NCBI GenBank assembly: GCA_016839785.1
Contig: JAEOTQ010000122.1
Location: 1-14,529, forward strand
From: Candidatus Hodarchaeota archaeon
GTDB taxonomy: Archaea > Asgardarchaeota > Heimdallarchaeia > Hodarchaeales > Hodarchaeaceae
Reading direction: 5' to 3'
Length of the DNA: 14,529 nt
Below the pieces are notes generated by a model. That model saw nothing but the letters and a program-made list of their open reading frames with translations, made no database searches and was not told where the DNA came from. This document shows, one piece after another, positions 7,714 to 14,529 of this stretch; within the stretch, counting starts at the first letter, position 1; every line of letters begins with the position of its first letter. A program made the translations under genes and the position numbers.

Positions 7714-7742
7714 TTTATATTATACATGCTAAATAAATTTAG
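7714..7742 (+). promoter_or_regulatory. Putative TATA box (TTTATAT 7714-7720) and downstream palindrome CTAAAT-AA-ATTTAG (7729-7742) in front of the surface-protein operon
   Basis: TATA box about 35 nt before ATG 7755. A 6-2-6 inverted repeat lies between it and the expected start site. Confidence 0.4.
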
Positions 7743-7754
7743 GGTTGTTAAAAG

Positions 7755-8621
7755 ATGAAAAAATCTGGAATTATGTTTTGTGGTTTCATTATCGGGTTTA
7801 TAATCATTCAATTTTGTATGACCAGTAATGTCTTTGCCGATGAGACTGTGTTTATAACAAGTTATTGGAATACTACTGATTATACAAGTAGCCTCGGACT
7901 GGATGATTGGAATGAAGCTGGAAGTGTTGGGTTCAGTATATCTGGTTATAAGGGTAATATTTATGTGAAAAACGACCATCAAAATCTATATTTAGGAGTT
8001 CTCATACTAGGAGAACTTAATAGTAGTGTCACCTGGAGAGTTAATTTCGACATTGACTCTGATGGCTATTGGGCTGAAGATGCGAAGGAATTAAGGGTAA
8101 TAGAGGATGGTATTAATGAGTACCAGCTTGAGATTGATGACCAACGCTATCTTCAAGGTGATCCTATTCCTTACAGTGACTCTCAACCAGACGATTTTAC
8201 CGCAAAATTGAGGAGTCTAGAATATTTTGGTGAAAATTACAGTATCTTTGAATTAACAGTGCCTCTACAATCTGATGATCTTCTCAATGATTTGCAGGTA
8301 ACAAATCCTGAAGAGAGTATAATTGGAGTCTCATTGGATGTTTTCAATGAAGATTTAGGTTTTAATGGGACATGGAAAGGAAATTCCTATCCAAATTATG
8401 CTAATTCTGTGAATTATGCACAGATTATATTTGCAGGACCTCAGGATCGACAAATTCCTATCTTTCAAGAGGAACCTCCCCTTGTTACAACAACAACGAC
8501 GGAGGATGAAGATAGAGTGCCACTAGAAGGTGGTGCAGCTGACGGGTTTGAACTATGGATTGGGTTACTTAGTATAGGATTTATATCTTACACTTTATAT
8601 TGGAGGAGGAGAAACAGTTGA
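7755..8621 (+). CDS. Secreted cell-surface protein, possible DOMON/CBM9-like beta-sandwich, with C-terminal PGF-CTERM-like sorting tail
   Basis: Signal peptide MKKSGIMFCGFIIGFIIIQFCMTSNVFA; acidic beta-rich body with IYVKNDHQNLYLGV, VNFDIDSDG and FELTVPL; TTTTT linker; DGF followed by a TM helix and RRR at the C-terminus. The fold call is tentative. Confidence 0.75.
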   Translation: MKKSGIMFCGFIIGFIIIQFCMTSNVFADETVFITSYWNTTDYTSSLGLDDWNEAGSVGFSISGYKGNIYVKNDHQNLYLGVLILGELNSSVTWRVNFDIDSDGYWAEDAKELRVIEDGINEYQLEIDDQRYLQGDPIPYSDSQPDDFTAKLRSLEYFGENYSIFELTVPLQSDDLLNDLQVTNPEESIIGVSLDVFNEDLGFNGTWKGNSYPNYANSVNYAQIIFAGPQDRQIPIFQEEPPLVTTTTTEDEDRVPLEGGAADGFELWIGLLSIGFISYTLYWRRRNS

Positions 8622-10300
8622 AAAAACAAACAATTTTTTCACTTGGAGTAATTATTCTTGTTTTTGGGTCAATCTTTCCATTATACACGACTCGTGCTTC
8701 CAATGATGATATGACTACATTTTATGGGAGTATTTATGATAATGCACTTGCGATTAGAAATCGCTATCTCCATAGTGGTTCAGGGGCGTTAAGAGAACAA
8801 ACTAGCGGTCAAATAATTAAAACCAAAACCAATTTGCTTATTGCTTCCACTTTATTAAATGAATTCAATCTTGGAGGTTCAATTGTATTTCGAGATATTG
8901 CTCAATCCATCATTCGGGCAAGTACACAATTTTTTGATGAAGCATATACCAGTGATAATGCAGGCTGGGTTAGTTATTACGATTTCTCAAAAGCTGAGAA
9001 TAGCTATGTAAAAAGCCAAAAGTTTACCCATGATCAATTTTTAATGATCCTGAGTCTTGCACTAAGTTATCCGAATTTAGCCTCTGATAATGAGTACAGA
9101 TATGATTATATTGAAGGTATATCTGAAACTTTGGGCTTTATTAATCGAAATTTACTGGGGAATGAAAATGGGTGGATTGATTCATTATTTACAGTTAATC
9201 GAACAAGTTATTCAAGAAATTACTTCCGAATAATCGAGAATGTTTGCTGGACTATCTGGACCATTCTTTCATTCCCTGGATCAATTGATTCTCCTTTTTC
9301 TACTAGCAGTATATCACAAATAATGAATTTAATTCATTCTAACGGGACATATAACGGCGCTGTATTTAATGTATTGTCTCCTGCTTGGGATTCCTCTGAC
9401 AATGTTATAAAACTTCGGACTAATGCCTTGTATGCAATCGTCAATCTCATGCTTTATGAAGAGACTAATAATACAGATTTTCTTGATCGAGGAAAAGCTG
9501 TTTTTGATTTTATTCGAATATATATGTACGATAGAGGTTTTGGAGGATTCTTTGATGTTGTAGATGAAGATGGGATGTTAGTAGTACAAAGGAAAAGTGT
9601 AATAGGGAATTCTTTGGCGTGTTTACTATCCAATAAATTACTAAAGTTTTTTCCAGCGAATAAGACATTAGAAACTACACTAGTTCGTACAAATAGATTC
9701 ATCGAAGAAAATCTTTTCGATAAAAGTTCAGGTTTGTATTATATTACAAGTGAACGAACTGGTTTGCCTTTGAAGCAGTATACTTTAATGAGTGATGTAA
9801 TTCGATTATGGCAGAGAGAAAACTCTTTACATATCATAAATGGATCGATGTTGTCAGAAGTTTCATTTGGAGAGAAGATAAAAATTGATTTACACCTTTA
9901 TAACCCCGACAACTTGAACTATACAATTTTCATTGAAGGAGAGGAAGTAAAATCACTAAATTTTACTTCAAGTGACTCTCACCATACAGTTTACTTAAAT
10001 CTAAAAGATGATGCCCGAATAGGATATTCTGATATACAGATGCATCTTAAAGTCTTATCAGGAATAATAGATCAAAGTGATTCCTTAACTATTAAAATAG
10101 GATCTGATCGACGCCTTCCACAAGGATTAGTTTATTTGATAGCTTTAGGAATCTTAGTGGGAATTGTCGTTGTCGTTCGTTATCCTCCTAGAAATCTTGA
10201 AGAGTTATTAACACGGATAAGTGCTATAAGCGCAATCGAAGAAGATTCAGGTGAATCCTCTGTAAGCGAACCGTCTCCAAATAAGGAAACCTCGAAGTGA
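8618..10300 (+). CDS. Type I membrane protein with extracellular six-hairpin (alpha/alpha)6-like domain (AGE-epimerase/GH76/YyaL-like) and a probable beta-sandwich stalk
   Basis: TTG 8618 overlaps the upstream TGA (TTGA) and follows GGAGGAGG, giving signal peptide MKKQTIFSLGVIILVFGSIFPLYTTRA. Helical-hairpin repeats LYEETNNTDFLDRGKAVFDFIRIYMYDRGFGGFFD and FIEENLFDKSSGLYY. TM segment GLVYLIALGILVGIVVVV followed by an acidic/Ser-rich tail. Confidence 0.75.
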   Translation: MKKQTIFSLGVIILVFGSIFPLYTTRASNDDMTTFYGSIYDNALAIRNRYLHSGSGALREQTSGQIIKTKTNLLIASTLLNEFNLGGSIVFRDIAQSIIRASTQFFDEAYTSDNAGWVSYYDFSKAENSYVKSQKFTHDQFLMILSLALSYPNLASDNEYRYDYIEGISETLGFINRNLLGNENGWIDSLFTVNRTSYSRNYFRIIENVCWTIWTILSFPGSIDSPFSTSSISQIMNLIHSNGTYNGAVFNVLSPAWDSSDNVIKLRTNALYAIVNLMLYEETNNTDFLDRGKAVFDFIRIYMYDRGFGGFFDVVDEDGMLVVQRKSVIGNSLACLLSNKLLKFFPANKTLETTLVRTNRFIEENLFDKSSGLYYITSERTGLPLKQYTLMSDVIRLWQRENSLHIINGSMLSEVSFGEKIKIDLHLYNPDNLNYTIFIEGEEVKSLNFTSSDSHHTVYLNLKDDARIGYSDIQMHLKVLSGIIDQSDSLTIKIGSDRRLPQGLVYLIALGILVGIVVVVRYPPRNLEELLTRISAISAIEEDSGESSVSEPSPNKETSK

Positions 10301-13300
10301 GGATTCGAAAAATGGAGAATTCAAAAGATACAATAAAATGTCCAGCCTGCAGAGCTGATATTCTTTCCCATGCAAAATTTTGTACAAAATGCGGAACAGA
10401 AATCGGGTTATGTCAGCCAGCTAGCGAACCTATTTCCCCTGACCCCCAGGAAACTAGACAGGAGGAACCTCAACCTCAAATTCCGTTTGTGAGGGAAAAA
10501 GTGGATATAATTCGAAATCTATGGATATTCTTCAGAACACATTTTTCTCAAATCTTTATCGGCGTGGGGGTATTGAGTCTTATTTCAGCGATCGCTTTTA
10601 TTCTTATCGCTTTAATTCCACAGGAATTCATAACAGATGTTGGTATTCCACCCGTAGAAGGCATTTTCTTTGACGTATTTGTAATTTTAAGTTTTATTCT
10701 AATGATTTGCAAAGAAATTACTTATTTTCTGGGGATTGTACCAAAAAAGAAGATTATCGACAAATGGTTTTCACTTATCATATTACTTCTCTTGTGGGTT
10801 AATCTAATCACTTTCGGGTTAGGTCTAGTAGAAACTAGTGTTTTTTATGATTTAGGTGGGACTTTACAACTAATATTTATTGTTTTTAGTGGAATAGACT
10901 TTACTATTGCATTCATTTATTTTGTACGGTATAGGAATCCACTTTTTTCCAGTACATTCGTGATTTCCATTATGACAATTATTTACCTTCAACAATGGAT
11001 AATCCCGGTAGAACCAGCCATATATACTGCGATAATTCTTATAGCTACAATCCTATTAATCTTAATCACTCTCATCACAAAAGATCTGATCCCCTCTATT
11101 GGAACAATGATTTTAGTTCCTATGATGCTTCTATCTCCCTATATTTTGAGTAATACATCGATTATTGCAATTTCAATTCTTTTGGGGTCATTCCCCCTTA
11201 TTGATGTTTACTTGAGTAACAGAGCGAGAAAAGAATCCTTGAATTTCAATAAAGGTCTGAGTGTTCTTTCTAATGTCTCCTGCTTATTTGGTATAATTAC
11301 TCTCGGATTTATGGTATTTTATGGGTATCTCGCAGAAGAATCATATCTCATTCTCCTTTCCACTTTAATATTGGTTTTATTACTTTTAAAAATGCGGTTT
11401 AAGCAAGCTCTCCTGTTTCCTTTTAGGGATTGGACCTTAATCTTGATTTTGATATTTTTCATTGCATTCTTTGATATGATTAGTATTGATCTAATAATTC
11501 TGACTGGGATAGCTGGAATATTAACTCTATTTGTGTCCTACAATTTTTTTGAATATACAAGCACTAAGAGACCAAACATTATCCAGTTTTCAGAATTTCT
11601 TCTTTTGACTGCGTTAGTAATCATATCAATAACAAAGATTGAATTTATTCCCAAAAGTAGTTTTTTTATCTTTCCTTTGTTAAGTTTGTTGATCTTACTC
11701 TACCGTGGAACAGATTTTGATCATTCTTCTATCAGATTATTTGTTTTTGGGTTTATATCCTTATTCATTCTAAGTTTTTTACTGCATCCCTCATATGATT
11801 GGATCTCAATCCCCATTTTCTCATTGATCGCGTTGGAAGGAACCTTATGCGTTACAATTTTCCATGAGATGGGAGAAAATGTAAGTTTTCATATTGATTT
11901 AAGTATTGTAACAATTTTATTAGAAATAGACTTACTTGTCCTAATGTTGGGAACGACAACAGCATTAGAAATGATATATCCTGTAATAATGCTCATTATT
12001 GTCATGTTACTGATTTGTGGAATTCAAGTGAGGAAACCTCTCAAAGAGAATTTCGTCTGGGTAAATTCGACTTATCTCATCACCTTTGGCCTAATGACGT
12101 ATTGGAACGAATTTGAGCCGATTTTAACGTTAATAATAGTTTTCATGACTTTAATTCCTCTGGTTTTAGAAAAACTTACCTTCAAGAAGATAGATGTTCG
12201 GGCACAATTAGAAAGAGCAAATCAGTCACATAATTTCAATATAGCGTTAACCGCGGTTGGGTTAACCCTTGTTATCCTTTTTGAAGAACTTAATCCAGTG
12301 AGTCATGCAATTTTACTTCTTCTGGGGCCTATTGTCTGGATTGTCGTATCCCTCAGAAATAAAATCGATAATTCTACAAATTTGTTGTTAATTGTAATTT
12401 CTCCAGGGATTATCTATTTATTTGAGTTGATTATCCATACTACAATCTTCACGCCTGTTACCGAGGTAATCTACTTATATTCAACATTGATCGTGATTGC
12501 AACTCCTGCGATTCTGCTTCAAAGTATAAAATTCTTCAAAAAAGGGAGTTTGACAGAAAGTAGAGTCAATCCCTTTATTATGATGACTGTTATCTATAGC
12601 GTCTTGATAACTTATTCTACATGGATTTACGAGCTTGATGTAGAGACTGTATCGCTTTTATACCTCGTCTTATTGGTAATTATCGTTATCTCATCATTCC
12701 TGATTACTTGGCAATATGAATCAACATTACTTGTGATAACTACGTTTTTACCCTCAGTAATGTTTTCTTATGATGTAGATTTTCCCCAATTGGTTTTATA
12801 CATATTACCCATAATCCCACTTTGTTTTAATATTGGTATAGCCTTCAAACGAATGAAATCTGTCCTTGCTGTAAAGCTTCATGAAACTCTAATGGTTATA
12901 TACCTGATCTTCTTCATTCTCATGTATCCTGTTAAAATACTTGAGTATACGATATTTCTTGCAACACTACTCCTAATTTCATGGCAAATTCTTGGAACAT
13001 TAAATCGAAAATTAGACTCTAGTCTTTTAGAAATCACTAGTTTTCTCAACACAATTTTGGTTCTAACTCTCGCAATCTTTATCGATTCTTATCTTCCAGA
13101 AACTATTCTTGTTGAGGGAAATATCATTTTGAACTTGAATGCCATTTTTCTCTTTCTTTCTTGTTTAATAATTGCTCTTTCAACTATTTTAGGTATTATT
13201 TATTGGCAGGTCAAACATGAATCGGTGAAACTCCCGATACTATTATCTGGATCCTTGGTGGCTAATTTCTTATCTTTACTTCTGGTTATAGTATCCCTAT

Positions 13301-13728
13301 TACTCCGGACAACAGATCTCACCCTTGTTGAGATTGCTCTTGGATTCTTAATTATCTCGAGTAGTTTACTATTCCTCGGTCTATTAACAAACTTCCGATT
13401 TACTAGATTAAATTCAGAGATAATTTCAAGTATAGCTATCTCCACTTCTCTCTGGGTTTTGATTACATCCACATTTTTCCATAATATTGAAGTTATTTTC
13501 CTTTGGATACTATTTGCACCCATTTTGGTTGCTCATTATTTACATAAAAAGGAATTTAGTTATCTCTCCGTTGGAATAGTATTCTATACTCTTACAAGCA
13601 TACGATTACTAGAAATTATCCTAGATTCGCTACAAACAGGAATCACAAATTGGCTAGGAATCTTAGGTTTAGTCCTTCTCGGAGTAGAGCTGCTATCAAT
13701 TGGGATTTATACCGTAATGGAAAGTTAA
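10297..13728 (+). CDS. Very large polytopic membrane protein with N-terminal zinc ribbon
   Basis: CPAC-x10-CTKC (10339-10392), then a Pro/Gln/Glu-rich linker, then about 1,050 aa of near-continuous hydrophobic helices (roughly 30-40 TMs by eye). Start is GTG 10297 (GTGA overlap) or ATG 10312 after GAGGA. Confidence 0.85.
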   Translation: MRIRKMENSKDTIKCPACRADILSHAKFCTKCGTEIGLCQPASEPISPDPQETRQEEPQPQIPFVREKVDIIRNLWIFFRTHFSQIFIGVGVLSLISAIAFILIALIPQEFITDVGIPPVEGIFFDVFVILSFILMICKEITYFLGIVPKKKIIDKWFSLIILLLLWVNLITFGLGLVETSVFYDLGGTLQLIFIVFSGIDFTIAFIYFVRYRNPLFSSTFVISIMTIIYLQQWIIPVEPAIYTAIILIATILLILITLITKDLIPSIGTMILVPMMLLSPYILSNTSIIAISILLGSFPLIDVYLSNRARKESLNFNKGLSVLSNVSCLFGIITLGFMVFYGYLAEESYLILLSTLILVLLLLKMRFKQALLFPFRDWTLILILIFFIAFFDMISIDLIILTGIAGILTLFVSYNFFEYTSTKRPNIIQFSEFLLLTALVIISITKIEFIPKSSFFIFPLLSLLILLYRGTDFDHSSIRLFVFGFISLFILSFLLHPSYDWISIPIFSLIALEGTLCVTIFHEMGENVSFHIDLSIVTILLEIDLLVLMLGTTTALEMIYPVIMLIIVMLLICGIQVRKPLKENFVWVNSTYLITFGLMTYWNEFEPILTLIIVFMTLIPLVLEKLTFKKIDVRAQLERANQSHNFNIALTAVGLTLVILFEELNPVSHAILLLLGPIVWIVVSLRNKIDNSTNLLLIVISPGIIYLFELIIHTTIFTPVTEVIYLYSTLIVIATPAILLQSIKFFKKGSLTESRVNPFIMMTVIYSVLITYSTWIYELDVETVSLLYLVLLVIIVISSFLITWQYESTLLVITTFLPSVMFSYDVDFPQLVLYILPIIPLCFNIGIAFKRMKSVLAVKLHETLMVIYLIFFILMYPVKILEYTIFLATLLLISWQILGTLNRKLDSSLLEITSFLNTILVLTLAIFIDSYLPETILVEGNIILNLNAIFLFLSCLIIALSTILGIIYWQVKHESVKLPILLSGSLVANFLSLLLVIVSLLLRTTDLTLVEIALGFLIISSSLLFLGLLTNFRFTRLNSEIISSIAISTSLWVLITSTFFHNIEVIFLWILFAPILVAHYLHKKEFSYLSVGIVFYTLTSIRLLEIILDSLQTGITNWLGILGLVLLGVELLSIGIYTVMES

Positions 13729-13843
13729 GCACTTTCGAACTGCATAATACCTTAGAGGACAGAAGTGGGTGGATTTATTATACATCCTAAGATGTAACAA
13801 TTCTACCTTTAATCTCGTCCTTATGCAAAGATAGCTGATTAAA

Positions 13844-14529
13844 ATGCCAGATAAATTTCAAAATAGACTTGATCCGACGGGTGAGCCAATACTAACGTTT
13901 ATAAATGCTATTTGTGATGAGGTAGGGCCGAGAATCAGTGGTTCTGAGGCAGAAAAAAAAGCAGGAGAAATTATTTACAACCAAATGGCTGGTTTTTGTG
14001 ATTCTGTTGAGAAGGAATACTTTTCTTGTAGACCTGGGGGATTTCTTGATTTCATCAAAATCACAGCACTCTTTTACTATATTGGTATTTTCTTTTATTT
14101 CTTTTACCCAATTCTCACTTCACTATTTCTATTCATGGGTCTAGCGATTTATTTCTTACAGCAGATTCTTTTGTATGAAGTAGTAGATTTTCTTTTCCCT
14201 GAAATATCAACCTTCCATGTTGTGGGGAAAATTAAACCAAAAAACCCCCCTAAGAAACTAGTTTTACTTTCAGGTCATCACGATTCGGCATACGAGTTTC
14301 CTCTCTTTGGGAAATTAGGAGAAAGATCAGCTTACCTTATTGTATTTACAGTAGTAATTGTGCTTATTAATTTTATAATAAGTCTGCTAAAAGCGTTTAT
14401 TCCAAACCAGGAGTTATTTCTGATCTTAGATCCAGCCCAAATTGCGTTCTCGTTTCTGGGAATAGTATTCGTTACAATTATCACTCTCTTTCTTAGGTCA
14501 AACAAGATAGTGATGGGAGCAAATGACAA
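13844..14529 (+). CDS. Membrane-embedded M28-family (M20/M28 clan) metallopeptidase, 3'-truncated by window edge; absent from ORF track
   Basis: Hand translation from ATG 13844 stays open to the window end: MPDKFQNRLD...ICDEVGPRISGSEAEKKAGEII...VVGKIKPKNPPKKLVLLSGHHDSAYEF...KIVMGAND. GPRxxGS, GHxDS and GAND(N) are M28 motifs. Hydrophobic hairpins are inserted before and after the HxD motif. Confidence 0.88.
   Translation, partial: MPDKFQNRLDPTGEPILTFINAICDEVGPRISGSEAEKKAGEIIYNQMAGFCDSVEKEYFSCRPGGFLDFIKITALFYYIGIFFYFFYPILTSLFLFMGLAIYFLQQILLYEVVDFLFPEISTFHVVGKIKPKNPPKKLVLLSGHHDSAYEFPLFGKLGERSAYLIVFTVVIVLINFIISLLKAFIPNQELFLILDPAQIAFSFLGIVFVTIITLFLRSNKIVMGAND

Noticed and set aside
6348-7982. 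Short ORFs 6348-6542 (+), 6728-7006 (-), 7417-7641 (-) and 7683-7982 (-)
   Set aside because: Nested in or largely antisense to longer supported genes, with no motifs.
8600-8617. ORF-track start at TTG 8600 (MEEEKQ...)
   Set aside because: This stretch contains the GGAGGAGG ribosome-binding site. TTG 8618 gives a proper basic signal-peptide N-region and a TTGA overlap.
9454-13523. Minus-strand ORFs 9454-9702 and 13200-13523
   Set aside because: Antisense shadows within large plus-strand genes.
13938-14529. ORF-track calls 13938-14144 (+) and 14332-14529 (-)
   Set aside because: Both overlap the motif-bearing M28 peptidase frame starting at 13844.

Overview
AT-rich archaeal chromosomal segment with almost all genes on the + strand. 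An Asgard archaeon (possibly Heimdallarchaeia-like) is inferred from an archaeal-type AMP phosphorylase, a stand-alone Roadblock/LC7 protein, AGGTGA ribosome-binding sites, TATA-type promoters and a PGF-CTERM-like sorting tail. Gene order: AMP phosphorylase (5'-truncated); Roadblock/LC7; short UDP-glucose/GDP-mannose dehydrogenase-family protein; small membrane protein; bacterial-type thiolase; small convergent Cys-rich hypothetical protein; a 555-nt intergenic region; a class I SAM methyltransferase abutting, in frame, a degenerate asparagine-synthetase-like protein; three overlapping cell-surface/membrane genes (secreted beta-rich protein with sorting tail, membrane-anchored six-hairpin-like protein, 1.1-kaa Zn-ribbon polytopic membrane protein); and a membrane-embedded M28 peptidase that runs off the 3' end and is missing from the ORF track. 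No rRNA, tRNA, CRISPR array or mobile element was seen. The best candidates for undescribed systems are the 7755-14529 envelope cluster and the methyltransferase/AsnB-like pair. All family calls come from reading motifs by eye, with no database search.
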